Shown one piece after another: positions 30,743 to 42,634 of a stretch of 64,000 nt of DNA. Both the position numbers and the translations under genes were made by a program. The stretch is from Sedimentisphaerales bacterium (lineage in GTDB: Bacteria > Planctomycetota > Phycisphaerae > Sedimentisphaerales > SM23-30): NCBI GenBank assembly GCA_963663965.2, contig CAXXFK010000029.1:128001-192000 (forward strand), given 5' to 3'. The notes beneath the pieces were generated by a model. That model made no database searches, was not told the DNA's origin, and saw only the letters and a program-made list of their open reading frames with translations. Positions within the stretch are counted from its first letter, which is position 1. Each line of letters opens with the position of its first letter.

Positions 30743-31819
30743 ATGGATAAGAATAGAAGTAATGTAAGGTTTGGATTTATCGTGGTTTATGTTGCTGTGC
30801 TGGCCGGGCTGGGCTGGGGGCAGTATAGCGGGGGAATGGGGACGGAGGGAGATCCTTTCCGGATCGGGACGGTGGCGGACTGGATTGCGCTGGGTGAGAA
30901 TACGGGGGATTATGATAAACATTTTATATTGACGGCTCATCTGGATTTTGGGGGGGCGGAGATTGGGCCGGTGGGGCGGTATTTCAGTGAGCCGGCGATG
31001 CCGTTTACGGGGGCGCTGGATGGGGATGGTTATGTGCTGAAGAATTTTAAGATGTCGAATCAGAATTTGGCTGAGCCGGAAACGCATCTGGGATTGTTTG
31101 CTTATCTGGATGGGGCGGTGATTCAGAACCTGGGGCTGGTCGATTTTGAGATAGTGGTGAACCCGGCGGCGCGGAATGTGCTGGTGGGGGGGCTGGCGGC
31201 GACGATTGGAGAGTATCCGTATCAGACCCATGGCGGGCTGATCGAGAACTGTTACGCGGCCGGTACGATTGTTACTGGGTATACGTATGGGACGCTGGGG
31301 GGGCTGGTCGGTATCAATAATGGCGGGGAAATCAAGCGTTGTTATTCCGATTGCGATATCTGGATGCCGGAGGGTGCGACTGCCAGTGCGGGGGCATTGG
31401 CGGGCAGTGTCTATGGAGACGGGCTGCTGGTGCGCGAATCGTTCTGGAACCGGGATAAGTTTGAGACGGGGATAAAGAATGTTATTGGTTTGCACGCGGG
31501 AAAGGATATTGCCGGATTGTCGTCCGAACTGATGCAAGAGCGCGGGCCTTTTGCGGCCAAGGGCTGGGATTTTGTGGGTGAGGCGGCCAACGGGATTAGA
31601 GGGATCTGGCATATGCCCTGGGGTGGCGGCGGGGCGCCGATGTTATGGAATCAGAAGGATATCCCGGGCGATGTGGCGGGGGCGTATGGGGTAGATTTGA
31701 TTGACTACGGGTACCTGGCGTTGAACTGGCTGGGTGATGATGGGGGGTATGGCGGCGATGGCATTGTCGATCTAGATGAACTGGCGCTGACGGCGGAGAA
31801 CTGGCTGGCGCCAAGGTAG
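30743..31819 (+). CDS. Secreted single-module GLUG protein with dockerin-like tail; paralog of part of the upstream gene
   Basis: Signal peptide, QYSGGMGTEGDPFRI, GLFAYLDGAVIQNLGLVDF and WHMPWG...PMLWNQKDIPGDVAG shared with 24479..30658. Confidence 0.85.
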   Translation: MDKNRSNVRFGFIVVYVAVLAGLGWGQYSGGMGTEGDPFRIGTVADWIALGENTGDYDKHFILTAHLDFGGAEIGPVGRYFSEPAMPFTGALDGDGYVLKNFKMSNQNLAEPETHLGLFAYLDGAVIQNLGLVDFEIVVNPAARNVLVGGLAATIGEYPYQTHGGLIENCYAAGTIVTGYTYGTLGGLVGINNGGEIKRCYSDCDIWMPEGATASAGALAGSVYGDGLLVRESFWNRDKFETGIKNVIGLHAGKDIAGLSSELMQERGPFAAKGWDFVGEAANGIRGIWHMPWGGGGAPMLWNQKDIPGDVAGAYGVDLIDYGYLALNWLGDDGGYGGDGIVDLDELALTAENWLAPR

Positions 31820-31904
31820 GTATCGCCGCGCCCATGTTTATTCTTATAGGGTCAAGTGTTTTTTGAAACGAAAAGAGCCGGCCCATGATGGCTCAGGGCC
31901 GCAG

Positions 31905-33308
31905 TCAGGCTGGTTTCAAGGATTCTTCGGTATAACTACGGAACTGGGGCGCGGCTGCGGGGTCGCGGGAGTCCGGGGCAGAGATGATCATGGGGCCGTG
32001 CAGTTCATCGGTTACTAACAGGTGGAATTTTCCGATATAAAGCAGGGTGTCGGGATAAATGACTTTGTGTACAATAATGTGTTGGGTTTGGTTTTTTTCG
32101 AGTTCTTCTTCCATAGCGGCCATATCCCGCGCGATGGTCTCCAGGGCATTGCGGCTGAGCCGGATATCGTCAGCCATTTTTTTCAGTTTGTCATTGGGTT
32201 TGCCTTGCAGGGCATAGAGCATGTCTTTGGCGCGGGGCATCAGATCGGCGATGACTTTTTCATGGCATTCTTTTTCCTGCCGCATTTGTTTGATCTGGCG
32301 ATCGAGGTAAGGATCCACTCCGGCCCGGATGGTGGTGCGAACACCGTTATGGCTGCCCAGGGCCGGGGTATCGATCGATCCGGTGGCCGTGACCTGTCCG
32401 CCATGAATAGCGCCACGTTGCAGCAGGATATTGCCCCGGCAATTCAGGTCGCAGTTGACAATTTCCGATTCCGCGGTGATGTTGCCATCGGCCCAGATTT
32501 GAACGTTGGAAAGGTAGCGGGCGGTCAGGTCGGATTTGACTTTGATGGATCCCTTTTCTTTGCCCAGAATGCCGCGTGTCACTTTGAGTGAGCCGCCGCA
32601 TTCGACGACGGCCGCTTCAATGGTCCCACCCACTTCCAGATCGCCGCCGGTCTGTACGGTGAACAAGTCTTTGATGTCGCCTTTGACGTTGACGCTGCCA
32701 CTGAAACGAATATTGCCAGTCGAGAAATCGATATCGTGTTTAATATGAAGAATGGGATCGACCCAGAGTGTTCCGTTTTCGAGTTTGGGCTCGCCGTCGC
32801 ATAATGCGATAAACGTCCGACCGTCCGGGTCCATCTGAACGTTTTCGCCTGCTTCCAATGTCAGTTCCTGGCCGGGAACAGGTGGAACAACACGACCGAA
32901 GACATCGAGGCCGGATTTACCGGGTGTTGCCATGTGATACACCCCCAAAATGTCATTACGATTAACAAGAATCAGATGGGATTGTTCGTAAAAACTTTCC
33001 TGGGCGGTGTCCAGTTGGTTATTTACCCCGGCGTGGATTTTTTCGGGGTCCAGCTTATCGGACCATTGAAAGAAAGCATTCCGACCTGGTTCGGCCGGTT
33101 GGCCCTGTAAAATTGTGAGTGAGGGAGATTGGATTTCCACTGACAATGCCGCATTAACCGATTGGCGGACTGAATCGGTAACAGGAATGTTCATTTGCCG
33201 GAGTTCCTCGAAGATATTGGCAGGAAGGATTACTTCGTTCTTGCCCCGCTTGCGAAGATCGAGTGTCACTCGCAGGTTATCGCCGCTGATATCAATGCGC
33301 CATGCCAT
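31905..33308 (-). CDS. FapA/DUF342 family protein (flagellar assembly protein A-like)
   Basis: GLDVFGRVVP, AGENV, DIDFSTGNIRFSGSVNVKGDI, beta-helix repeats, coiled coil, IYPDT. Confidence 0.82.
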   Translation of the reverse strand: MAWRIDISGDNLRVTLDLRKRGKNEVILPANIFEELRQMNIPVTDSVRQSVNAALSVEIQSPSLTILQGQPAEPGRNAFFQWSDKLDPEKIHAGVNNQLDTAQESFYEQSHLILVNRNDILGVYHMATPGKSGLDVFGRVVPPVPGQELTLEAGENVQMDPDGRTFIALCDGEPKLENGTLWVDPILHIKHDIDFSTGNIRFSGSVNVKGDIKDLFTVQTGGDLEVGGTIEAAVVECGGSLKVTRGILGKEKGSIKVKSDLTARYLSNVQIWADGNITAESEIVNCDLNCRGNILLQRGAIHGGQVTATGSIDTPALGSHNGVRTTIRAGVDPYLDRQIKQMRQEKECHEKVIADLMPRAKDMLYALQGKPNDKLKKMADDIRLSRNALETIARDMAAMEEELEKNQTQHIIVHKVIYPDTLLYIGKFHLLVTDELHGPMIISAPDSRDPAAAPQFRSYTEESLKPA

Positions 33309-33552
33309 TACATAGGGGTTCCAGTGGGTTTTTGAAAAATAAAACCAACTCCCTTATTTACATTTATCGAGCGATCAGGATCGGGAATCCAACGATAATT
33401 TTATTAATCCGAAAATCTGGAAGTGAAAATGAGACATAACCAAAGATTTAATTTACAGGCGCTTTTGAAATAACATTTTGCCAGGCCCACCCATTAACCA
33501 TGAAAAAAAAACGGAATAATAACTGATGTTAACCGGTAAATACCGGAGAAAA

Positions 33553-33596
33553 TGCTACAAAAATGTAGCAACATTAGTTTATGGTACAAAATTGTA
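33553..33596. promoter_or_regulatory. Tandem palindromic upstream activator sites (putative bEBP enhancer)
   Basis: Perfect TGCTACA-AAAA-TGTAGCA (33553-33570) and weaker TACA-AAAT-TGTA (33585-33596), about 250-290 bp upstream of the sigma54 promoter. Confidence 0.6.
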
Positions 33597-33840
33597 TTTT
33601 ATGAAAAAAATAAATACCATGCTAAATAGTGGAAAATCAGTGCAGGTTTGACAATAAATAAAACGGCATGGCCAATGTCTTTTTAAACGAGATTGGCTAC
33701 CAAGTTGAGGCGTATTGTTTGTAACCTACTTTACTAGAGCTAGATATGTCGATTTGGCATGAAAGATAACCGTGTCGCGCGCTATCTTCCAGGGGGTGAG
33801 GCAATTGGTTGCCACAGATTTGTTATAATTTAGGTATTAT

Positions 33841-33856
33841 TGGCATATCGTTTGCA
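33841..33856 (+). promoter_or_regulatory. Sigma54 (-24/-12) promoter of glnA
   Basis: TGGCAT-ATCGT-TTGCA with exact GG-N10-GC spacing, 112 nt upstream of the glnA ATG. Confidence 0.8.
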
Positions 33857-33968
33857 TGAGTTATAGGATTTCAAGGCCTGTTGTAAGGCTTAAGATATTT
33901 TGGATAATATTTCGGTTTCGAGCAGGAAACCGGAAAACGTTTAAACCTGCTTATGGAGTTACAAACAT

Positions 33969-36095
33969 ATGGGAACCGCTGAATCAAGTAGTCAAAGTAA
34001 CAGTTCAACAGAGCTTTTTGGTAGCAATGTATTTAACGAAAGCGTGATGCGTGAGCGTCTGCCGAAGAATATATTCAAGGAATTACAGCGAACCATTAAG
34101 GAGAATCATCCGCTGGAGAATGCGGCTCTGGCCGACATTGTGGCCAATGCCATGAAAGACTGGGCAATCGAGAAAGGCGCGACGCATTATTGTCACTGGT
34201 TCCAGCCGATGACCGGGATGACCGCTGAAAAGCACGATTCATTTATCGCCCCGACTTCGGATGGCAAGATGATCATGGAATTCAGCGGCAAGGCGCTGGT
34301 ACAAGGTGAGCCTGACGCCTCGAGTTTTCCATCGGGCGGTTTGCGCGCCACCTTTGAAGCCCGCGGTTATACTGCCTGGGATTGCACCTCGCCTGCGTTT
34401 ATCAAGGAAGACGGCAGCAATATTACCTTGTATATCCCCTGCGCATTTTGCAGTTATTCCGGACACGCGCTCGATAAGAAGACGCCCTTGCTGCGTTCCA
34501 TGGACGCACTGGATACCCAGGCGATGCGAGTATTACGCAAGTTGGGCAATACGACATCCAAGCGGGTGATTGCGACTTTGGGTCCGGAACAGGAATATTT
34601 TCTGGTCGACCGCAGCTTTTATGAAGAACGTCTTGACCTGGTATTGACGGGCCGCACCCTGTTTGGGGCGCCTTCGCCCCGTGGTCAGGAAATGGAAGAT
34701 CATTATTTTGGCGCATTGCATGAGCGGATCGCTTCTTTCATGAATGAGCTGAATGAAGAATTATGGAAACTGGGCGTATCCGCCAAGACCCAGCACAATG
34801 AAGTAGCCCCCGCGCAATATGAGATTGCCCCGATCTTCGCAACCGTCAATGTGGCGACCGATCATAATCAGCTGACCATGGAAACCTTGCGCAAGGTAGC
34901 GATTCGTCACGATTTTGTCTGTCTGCTGCATGAAAAGCCGTTCCGGGGTGTCAATGGTTCCGGCAAGCACAATAACTGGAGCATGGGCACGGACGACGGG
35001 ATCAACCTGCTGGATCCTGGTTCAACCCCGCATGAGAATATGGTGTTTATGGTGTTCCTGTGCGCGGTAGTTCGGGCGGTCGACAAATACGCCAAATTGT
35101 TACGCGCCAGTGTCGCCACAACGGGTAATGAACACCGTCTGGGCGCGAATGAAGCGCCTCCGGCGATTGTGTCCGCGTTCCTGGGCGATCAGTTAACGGA
35201 AATATTCGAACAGCTCGCAGCGGGCGGCGCTTCCAGCAGCCGTCAGGGCGGCCAGTTGAAACTGGGCGTTAATTCGCTGCCACCGCTGCCAAAAGATTGC
35301 ACGGACCGTAACCGTACCAGTCCATTTGCCTTTACCGGCAACCGTTTTGAATTCCGTATGGTCGGATCCAGTCAGTCGACCTCCGGTCCCTGCTTTGTGA
35401 TCAATACCATTGTTGCCGATATTCTGAAAGAAATTGCGGATGAACTGGACAAGGCCAGCGATGTCCAGTCGACGGTTCAGAAGATCTTGCAGAAGATCGC
35501 CAAAGAACACGCGCGAATCGTCTTCAATGGCGACAATTATTCGCAGGCCTGGGTGGATGAAGCGGCCAAGCGCGGATTACCCAATATTCCATCCTCAGTC
35601 GATTCGATTGAGACGATTCTGGAAAAGGACAATGTCGCAGTGTTGGCGCGGCACAATGTCTTAAGCGAAGAAGAATTGCATGCTCGCGTTGAAATTCTGT
35701 TAGAAGCTTATCTCAAGACGATTAATATTGAAGCGTTAACAACGCTGGATATGGCCCGCCGCCAGATTCTGCCGGCCAGCGCCGACTATGCCGGTTCGTT
35801 GGCCAGTTCGGTCTTGTCAGTGAAAGAAGCCGGCGGTTCGGTCAAGGCGTTGAGCGCGAAACTGGGCGAAGTGACCGAACTAATCGATGCGCTGGACGGC
35901 GCCATAGCCGCCCTGGATGCCGTTCGCTGCAAAGCATCGGGTCTGGATGACACCGCGGCCAAGGCCCAGTGCTACAATAAAGAGGTCGTACCAGCCATGA
36001 ATGCAGTTCGTGATGCGGCTGACAAGCTGGAATCCATTGTCGACGCGGAAGTATGGCCGTTACCTTCTTACGCAGAGATGCTTTTTATTCGTTAA
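33969..36095 (+). CDS. glnA: Glutamine synthetase type III
   Basis: 708 aa. [77 protein letters not shown]. Confidence 0.96.
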   Translation: MGTAESSSQSNSSTELFGSNVFNESVMRERLPKNIFKELQRTIKENHPLENAALADIVANAMKDWAIEKGATHYCHWFQPMTGMTAEKHDSFIAPTSDGKMIMEFSGKALVQGEPDASSFPSGGLRATFEARGYTAWDCTSPAFIKEDGSNITLYIPCAFCSYSGHALDKKTPLLRSMDALDTQAMRVLRKLGNTTSKRVIATLGPEQEYFLVDRSFYEERLDLVLTGRTLFGAPSPRGQEMEDHYFGALHERIASFMNELNEELWKLGVSAKTQHNEVAPAQYEIAPIFATVNVATDHNQLTMETLRKVAIRHDFVCLLHEKPFRGVNGSGKHNNWSMGTDDGINLLDPGSTPHENMVFMVFLCAVVRAVDKYAKLLRASVATTGNEHRLGANEAPPAIVSAFLGDQLTEIFEQLAAGGASSSRQGGQLKLGVNSLPPLPKDCTDRNRTSPFAFTGNRFEFRMVGSSQSTSGPCFVINTIVADILKEIADELDKASDVQSTVQKILQKIAKEHARIVFNGDNYSQAWVDEAAKRGLPNIPSSVDSIETILEKDNVAVLARHNVLSEEELHARVEILLEAYLKTINIEALTTLDMARRQILPASADYAGSLASSVLSVKEAGGSVKALSAKLGEVTELIDALDGAIAALDAVRCKASGLDDTAAKAQCYNKEVVPAMNAVRDAADKLESIVDAEVWPLPSYAEMLFIR

Positions 36096-36118
36096 TCGAT
36101 AACCAGTTAAGTGATCAT

Positions 36119-36154
36119 AATGCCCGTGGGAACTCCTATTCCCACGGGCATTTT
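36119..36154 (+). terminator. Intrinsic terminator after glnA
   Basis: AATGCCCGTGGGAA-CTCCTA-TTCCCACGGGCATTTT, 14-bp stem. Confidence 0.85.
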
Positions 36155-36558
36155 AATGTCTGCGCTCTAACTGTCTGTCAGAAAAGGGCTAAGGCAAATT
36201 TTGGATCTGGGTTTTCGGGGAGTTGAGCCGCCTGATACCCCTGTGGAATTTTCTGGACAAAAAACACCAAAATGACTATAGTTGAAAGTCTTGCGAAATT
36301 TTTTCAGGATAACCCGCGATTGTCTTTTAAATAATAGCGCAACCTCCCTGATACAACGGGATCAGCGAGAACAGAACAGGACTGTTCGGAACGCTAACCG
36401 AAGATTTGACTATAATATTATACCTGTCGAGTATGGAAATACCCGATCGCTCGCAAGAATCAAGACGCGAAGCTTTGTGTTTCTGCCAAGCGGGCGCTAT
36501 GAACTGTAAATAGAATTATACTGACTACCTGACTGTAAAGGAAAGGATACCAGGTATT

Positions 36559-39500
36559 ATGATGACGAAACCTCCTGGTGATTTTGGGCTGTATGAAGCC
36601 CGTCGAGAACACGATGCCTGCGGCATAGGCGCGGTGGTCAACCTCAGCGGCAAACGCGAGTATCGGATACTGGAGCTGGGCAACCAGGTTCTCATGAACC
36701 TGCAGCATCGAGGCGCGGCCGGCAGCGACGGGATTACCGGAGACGGCGCCGGCATACTGTTTCAGATACCGGATCAATTCTGCCGTGAAGAAGCGGTGCG
36801 GCTGGGGTATACATTGCCGGAGGCCGGACTCTATGGCGTCGCGGTGGTGTTTGGTCCCAAGCAGGATCTTGAACTGCGCCGCCGATGCGATGAAGTACTG
36901 GAAAAGGGCGTTGCCCGATACGGCATGAAGACCATCTTCTGGCGTAACGTTCCCACGGACAGCAGTTGCCTGGGCGAACTGGCGTTATCCTGTGAGCCTT
37001 CGGTCAAGACCTTGTTCATTGATGGGAATGGCCTTAAGGGAGAAGAACTGGAACGGAAGCTGTATCAGGCACGGAAATACGCCGAGAAAGAGATCCGTGA
37101 GAAGTTTGGCGAGTCGGCCGTAGATTTTTATGTCAGCAGCATGTCCAGTAAGACGATCAATTATAAAGGGATGTTCCTGGCGCCACAGTTATTCGCATAT
37201 TATCCCGATTTGCGCGATGAACGGCTGGTCTCTTCCATGGCCGTCGTGCATCAGCGTTACAGCACCAATACGTTTCCAAGCTGGAAGCTGGCGCAACCGT
37301 TCCGCTGTATCGCGCACAATGGTGAGATTAATACCTTGAGCGGGAACTATAACCGGATGCGCGCCCGGGAAAAGCGCATGGCCAGTCCACTGTTTGGCGA
37401 GCGTATCAAGGATCTGATTCCGGTGATGATTCCCGGCGCCAGTGATTCGGCCAGTTTTGACAATGCCCTGGAATTGCTGGTGCAGTCTGGGCGTTCATTG
37501 CCCCATGCCATGATGATGATGATTCCGGAGGCGTTTGGACCGCGATATCATATCAGCGCCGACAAACGGGCGTTTTATGAATATCACGCATCGATTATGG
37601 AGCCATGGGATGGCCCGGCAGCGATGGTGTTTACCGATGGGAGGTATGTGGGCGGCGTGCTGGACCGCAACGGTTTGCGGCCGGCGCGTTATGTGATCAC
37701 CAAGGATGGCCTGGTAGTGGCGGCCAGCGAAGTGGGTGTGATCGATTTTCCGGCGGATCAGGTGCAATCGCGCGGCCGGCTGCAACCCGGACGCATGTTC
37801 CTGGTGGATACGCAGGAAGGCCGGATTATTACCGACAACGAAATCAAGAGCAAGATTTCGCGACAAAAGCCCTATCGGCGCTGGTTGTCGCAGAATATTA
37901 TCGAATTGAGAGGATTATTCAGCGCGGCCCAGCCGGGCAGTATGCCGGAAGAAGAAGTCGTCAAGCTGTTGAGAACTTTCGGGTATACCAGTGAAGAGCA
38001 GAAGATGCTGCTGGTGCCGATGGCCGTTACGGGTCAGGAGCCGGTTGGTTCCATGGGGACCGATACGCCGCTGGCGGTGCTATCCAATCGCCCCAAACTG
38101 TTGTTTAATTATTTCAAACAGCTGTTTGCCCAGGTGACCAATCCGCCCATCGATCCGTTGCGAGAGGGGCTGGTCATGTCGTTGATGAGTTTTACGGGCA
38201 AGCAACAGAATCTGCTGGATGAGACTCCTGAACACTGCCGGCAATTGAAGCTGCCGCATCCTATTCTGACCAATGAAGACATTGACCGGTTGAAAAATGT
38301 CCAGCGGAAAGATTTCAAGGTCGTCACCATTCCGGCATTGTTCGAGGTAACCGGTGACAATCCGGGCGAAGCATTGCAAGCCGGTATAGACGATATGATT
38401 TCGGCGGCGGTATCGGCCATCAACGATGGCGCGTCATTGCTGATTGTCAGCGATCGGGGCGTTACCGAGAAGATGGCAGCCATTCCCAGTTTACTGGTGG
38501 GCGCTGCGCTGCACCATGGTCTGCTGGAACGGGGCTTGCGTGGAGAAGCGGGAATCGTTCTGGAAAGCGCAGAACCCCGTGAAGTGATGCATTTCTGCCT
38601 GTTATGCGGTTACGGCGTAAATGCCATCAACCCGTATCTGGCATTCGAGACGTTGAATCTGCTGCATCAACGCAATGAGATTCCATCTGAAATGGAACCC
38701 GAACAGATTGTCGACAATTATATTAATTCGATCAAAAAGGGTATTTTGAAGACGATATCCAAGATGGGAATATCGACTTTGCGCAGTTATCACGCGGCTC
38801 AATTATTCGAGTGCGTGGGCATCAATATGGATGTGATCAGCCAGTATTTTACCGGCACCTCATCGCGTATCAGCGGGATCGGCCTGGGGGAAATCGCGCA
38901 GGAAACGATCAAGCGGCATCTGCAAGGATTTGTTCGCCGCGATCCTGCCGCTACCGAACTGGATTGCGGGGGCGAGTACCATTATCATTGTGAAGGGGAA
39001 GAGCACCTGACCAGTCCGATGGCGATCGCCCTGGTACAGGAAGCGGTGCGTCAGGGTAATTTTGACAAATTCCGGCAGTATACCCGGTTGATCGATGATC
39101 AGGCCCGTAAGTTGTATACCCTGCGCGGTTTGTTTGAATTTGTCCCGGGGGAAGAAATTCCTCTGGAAGAAGTGGAACCCACCAGTGAGATTGTGAAGCG
39201 ATTCTGCACGGGGGCGATGTCCCATGGTTCCATCAGCAAAGAGGCTCATGAAGCCATGGCGATTGCCATGAACCGAATCGGGGCGATGAGCAACACCGGA
39301 GAAGGGGGCGAGGATCCTTATCGCTATGAACCACGCAAGGATGGCGATTCGCTGAACAGCGCGATAAAACAGATTGCCAGCGGACGGTTCGGCGTGACGA
39401 CGCATTATCTTTCGGAAGCCAAGATGCTGCAGATTAAGATGGCGCAGGGCGCCAAGCCCGGTGAAGGCGGTCAGTTGCCCGGTCATAAGGTAACGGATGA

Positions 39501-41121
39501 GATCGCGCGATTACGGTTTTCGACGCCGGGGGTGACTTTGATTTCGCCGCCGCCGCATCATGACATCTATTCCATCGAAGACCTGGCCCAGTTGATTTAT
39601 GACTTGAAATGCAGTAACCCGGGCGTGAAGGTCTCGGTCAAGCTGGTATCCGAAGTCGGGGTGGGGACGATCGCGGCCGGGGTCGCGAAAGGCAACTCGG
39701 ATGAGGTGTTGATCAGCGGTTTTGACGGCGGAACCGGCGCCAGTCCGTTGTCATCGATTAAGCACGCGGGCCTGCCCTGGGAACTGGGATTGGCGGAAAC
39801 ACAGCAGACGCTGGTTTTGAACGGTTTGCGCGACCGGATTCGCGTGCAAACCGATGGTCAGATCCGTACTGGACGCGATGTGGTGATCGGCGCGTTGCTG
39901 GGCGCGGAGAATTTTGGATTCGGCACCGGCGCCCTGATCGCGCTGGGATGTATCATGATGCGTAAATGTCATCTGGGTACCTGCCCGGTGGGTATCGCAA
40001 CCCAGATGGGCGAATTGCGCTGCCGATTCAAAGGCAAACCGGAACATCTGGTCAATTTCATGATGTTTATTGCCGAAGAAGTCCGCATGCATATGGCCAA
40101 GCTGGGCTTCAGAAACTTTGATGACATGATCGGGCGGATGGATCGTCTCAAGATGCGCGATGCCGTGGAACACTGGAAAGCACGGGGACTGGATTTCAGC
40201 CGGATACTGACGCAACCGGACGCATCCGACGGCCGGGCGATTCGATGTGTGCGTCAGCAGGATAATCCCCTGGAGGATAATCTGGACTGGACCCTGATCG
40301 AAAAAGCCAAAGCGGCCATCGAGAAAAAAGAGAAAACCGTGGTCGAGATGCCGGTTAAAAATGTCCATCGTACGGTGGGCGCTATTCTGAGCAATCGAAT
40401 TGTCAAGAAGCATGGGCCCAAGGGTTTACCCAACGGCACCCTGGAGATTCGCTTGAGCGGTTCGGCGGGTCAGAGTTTTGGCGCTTATCTGGTGCCGGGT
40501 GTGACCTTGCATCTGAAAGGCGATACCAACGATTACCTGGGCAAAGGGCTTTCCGGCGGACGGATTATTGTTCAAAAACCGGAATCGGCCACCTTTGAAG
40601 CTCATGAAAATATTATTGTGGGCAACACGCTGCTTTATGGGGCCACCAGCGGTGAAGTCTATTTGAACGGTCTGGCCGGTGAACGCTTTGCCGTCCGGAA
40701 TTCAGGCGCCCGCGCCGTCGTTGAAGGCGTTGGTGATCATGGCTGTGAGTATATGACCGGCGGCCTGGTCGTTGTACTGGGTCAAACCGGCCGTAATTTT
40801 GCCGCGGGCATGTCCGGCGGTATCGCGTATGTTTATGATGAGTTCCAGTTGTTCGATACGTTATGTAACCTGGATATGGTCGATCTGGAGACGGTCTGGC
40901 TGGAAGACGACAAGAAGGTTTTAAGAAGCATGATCGAGAATCATTTGAAATATACCGGCAGTAAACGGGCGCAACTCTTACTGGATAACTGGGAAGAGAC
41001 CGTGGGGCGTTTTGTGAAAGTAATGCCCATCGATTATCGCCGGGCGTTGGAAAGATTGAAAGAGCGCGAGATGCGCGAAACCGAATACTCCCCTGCCACC
41101 GAGGAGGTGTTCCGTGGCTAA
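36559..41121 (+). CDS. gltB: Glutamate synthase large subunit
   Basis: [59 protein letters not shown] and C-terminal GXGXG domain. Confidence 0.98.
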   Translation: MMTKPPGDFGLYEARREHDACGIGAVVNLSGKREYRILELGNQVLMNLQHRGAAGSDGITGDGAGILFQIPDQFCREEAVRLGYTLPEAGLYGVAVVFGPKQDLELRRRCDEVLEKGVARYGMKTIFWRNVPTDSSCLGELALSCEPSVKTLFIDGNGLKGEELERKLYQARKYAEKEIREKFGESAVDFYVSSMSSKTINYKGMFLAPQLFAYYPDLRDERLVSSMAVVHQRYSTNTFPSWKLAQPFRCIAHNGEINTLSGNYNRMRAREKRMASPLFGERIKDLIPVMIPGASDSASFDNALELLVQSGRSLPHAMMMMIPEAFGPRYHISADKRAFYEYHASIMEPWDGPAAMVFTDGRYVGGVLDRNGLRPARYVITKDGLVVAASEVGVIDFPADQVQSRGRLQPGRMFLVDTQEGRIITDNEIKSKISRQKPYRRWLSQNIIELRGLFSAAQPGSMPEEEVVKLLRTFGYTSEEQKMLLVPMAVTGQEPVGSMGTDTPLAVLSNRPKLLFNYFKQLFAQVTNPPIDPLREGLVMSLMSFTGKQQNLLDETPEHCRQLKLPHPILTNEDIDRLKNVQRKDFKVVTIPALFEVTGDNPGEALQAGIDDMISAAVSAINDGASLLIVSDRGVTEKMAAIPSLLVGAALHHGLLERGLRGEAGIVLESAEPREVMHFCLLCGYGVNAINPYLAFETLNLLHQRNEIPSEMEPEQIVDNYINSIKKGILKTISKMGISTLRSYHAAQLFECVGINMDVISQYFTGTSSRISGIGLGEIAQETIKRHLQGFVRRDPAATELDCGGEYHYHCEGEEHLTSPMAIALVQEAVRQGNFDKFRQYTRLIDDQARKLYTLRGLFEFVPGEEIPLEEVEPTSEIVKRFCTGAMSHGSISKEAHEAMAIAMNRIGAMSNTGEGGEDPYRYEPRKDGDSLNSAIKQIASGRFGVTTHYLSEAKMLQIKMAQGAKPGEGGQLPGHKVTDEIARLRFSTPGVTLISPPPHHDIYSIEDLAQLIYDLKCSNPGVKVSVKLVSEVGVGTIAAGVAKGNSDEVLISGFDGGTGASPLSSIKHAGLPWELGLAETQQTLVLNGLRDRIRVQTDGQIRTGRDVVIGALLGAENFGFGTGALIALGCIMMRKCHLGTCPVGIATQMGELRCRFKGKPEHLVNFMMFIAEEVRMHMAKLGFRNFDDMIGRMDRLKMRDAVEHWKARGLDFSRILTQPDASDGRAIRCVRQQDNPLEDNLDWTLIEKAKAAIEKKEKTVVEMPVKNVHRTVGAILSNRIVKKHGPKGLPNGTLEIRLSGSAGQSFGAYLVPGVTLHLKGDTNDYLGKGLSGGRIIVQKPESATFEAHENIIVGNTLLYGATSGEVYLNGLAGERFAVRNSGARAVVEGVGDHGCEYMTGGLVVVLGQTGRNFAAGMSGGIAYVYDEFQLFDTLCNLDMVDLETVWLEDDKKVLRSMIENHLKYTGSKRAQLLLDNWEETVGRFVKVMPIDYRRALERLKEREMRETEYSPATEEVFRG

Positions 41122-42541
41122 ACCAACCGGATTCCTTGAATATAATCGTGAAGAAGTGCCTTATCGTCCCGTCGAAGAACGGCTCAAAGACTATTTTGAA
41201 GTCGAAGTGCCGCTATCGGCCGAGGCCATGAATTGTCAATCAGCAAGATGTATGGATTGCGGGATACCCTATTGTCATTCGATGGGTTGTCCATTGAATA
41301 ACCGGATCCCGGAATTCAACGATTGCGTTTACAAGGGGCGCTGGAAAGACGCCTGCGACATCTTGCATTCGACCAACAATTTTCCGGAGGTTACGGGGCG
41401 GGTATGCCCGGCGCCCTGTGAGGCGGCATGTACCTTGAATATCGATGAGGCCCCGGTTTTAATTCGCCATATCGAAGATCAGATAGTCGAAAAAGGATTC
41501 GAAGAGGGCTGGATCAAGCCGTTAATTGCGGAAGTCAAGACCGGCAAACGGGTCGCGATTGTCGGTTCAGGGCCCGCGGGTCTGGCGGCCGCCCAGCAAC
41601 TGGCGCGGATGGGACACGATGTGGTGGTGTTCGAGAAGGATAACCGTATCGGCGGATTGTTACGCTATGGCATTCCAGATTTTAAACTGGATAAGCGGAT
41701 TCTGGACCGCCGTCTGGAGCAAATGGCCGCCGAGGGTGTTCAATTTCAGACCGAGGTCAATGTGGGTGAAGATATTTCACCGCATTATCTGGATAAAATG
41801 TTTGATGCGGTCTGCCTGACTATGGGCGCCACTGTTCCGCGCGATCTGCAAGTCGAAGGCCGTGAACTCAAAAATGTTCACTATGCCATGGAGTTTCTCA
41901 AACAGCAGAATAAGAGGATTGCCGGAGAAACGATCGATCCATCTGAAGTGATCAACGCAAAGGACAAAGTGGTTGTGGTGATCGGCGGCGGCGATACCGG
42001 TTCTGACTGTGTGGGCACCTCGAATCGCCAGGGCGCCAAAGAAGTTCATCAATTTGAAATATTACCACAACCGCCCCAAACCCGCCCGATTGACACACCC
42101 TGGCCGAACTGGCCGCGAGTGTTGCGCACGTCTTCATCGCATAAAGAAGGCTGTCTGCGCCGTTGGTGTATCCTGACCAAGAAGCTGACCGGCAAAGACG
42201 GGGCAGTCACCCACTTGCATGGCATTGAAGTGGAATGGAGCGCCGGGCCCAAGGGGCATACTATGAAAGAAATTCCCGGCACAGAATTCAGCATGAAAGC
42301 GGATCTGGTTCTGCTGGCGATGGGATTTCTGTACGTGCAGCCGGCCGGTCTGATCGATAAGATGGGCTTGAAACTGGATCAGCGCGGCAATGTCATGATT
42401 AAAGAGAATTACATGACCAGCAAGCCGGGTGTCTTTGCTTCCGGAGACACGACGACGGGCGCGTCGCTGGTGGTACGAGCGATCGATTTCGGCAGAAAAA
42501 TGGCGAAATCTGTCGATCAGTATCTTCGAGAACAGGTATAA
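41114..42541 (+). CDS. gltD: Glutamate synthase small subunit
   Basis: [38 protein letters not shown]. Overlaps the gltB stop. Confidence 0.97.
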   Translation: MAKPTGFLEYNREEVPYRPVEERLKDYFEVEVPLSAEAMNCQSARCMDCGIPYCHSMGCPLNNRIPEFNDCVYKGRWKDACDILHSTNNFPEVTGRVCPAPCEAACTLNIDEAPVLIRHIEDQIVEKGFEEGWIKPLIAEVKTGKRVAIVGSGPAGLAAAQQLARMGHDVVVFEKDNRIGGLLRYGIPDFKLDKRILDRRLEQMAAEGVQFQTEVNVGEDISPHYLDKMFDAVCLTMGATVPRDLQVEGRELKNVHYAMEFLKQQNKRIAGETIDPSEVINAKDKVVVVIGGGDTGSDCVGTSNRQGAKEVHQFEILPQPPQTRPIDTPWPNWPRVLRTSSSHKEGCLRRWCILTKKLTGKDGAVTHLHGIEVEWSAGPKGHTMKEIPGTEFSMKADLVLLAMGFLYVQPAGLIDKMGLKLDQRGNVMIKENYMTSKPGVFASGDTTTGASLVVRAIDFGRKMAKSVDQYLREQV

Positions 42542-42543
42542 AA

Positions 42544-42580
42544 AAAGGGCTCTCTGATAACAGGAGAGCCCTTTATCTTT
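42544..42580 (+). terminator. Intrinsic terminator after gltD
   Basis: AAAGGGCTCTCTG-ATAA-CAGGAGAGCCCTTT-ATCTTT. Confidence 0.75.
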
Positions 42581-42634
42581 GAATTTGATACTATAGAGAT
42601 ACTTCCCGACTTAACTGGGAAATTCCAGGACTGT

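Noticed and set aside
30698..31612. 304-aa antisense ORF
   Set aside because: Shadow of the G-skewed GLUG gene. P/H/R-rich with no motifs.
24479..31819. Possible diversity-generating retroelement (TR/VR pair)
   Set aside because: The paralogous segments I compared differ at all base types, mostly at synonymous sites, and no reverse transcriptase is present in the window.
36155..36558. Riboswitch or leader peptide between glnA and gltB (including ORF 36282..36509)
   Set aside because: No recognisable aptamer or attenuator pairing by eye, and the ORF lacks an RBS. An Rfam search would be needed.
36831..42294. Numerous short antisense or alternate-frame ORFs inside gltB/gltD and other long genes
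   Set aside because: Fully nested in well-supported genes with no motifs; expected shadows in GC-rich coding DNA.
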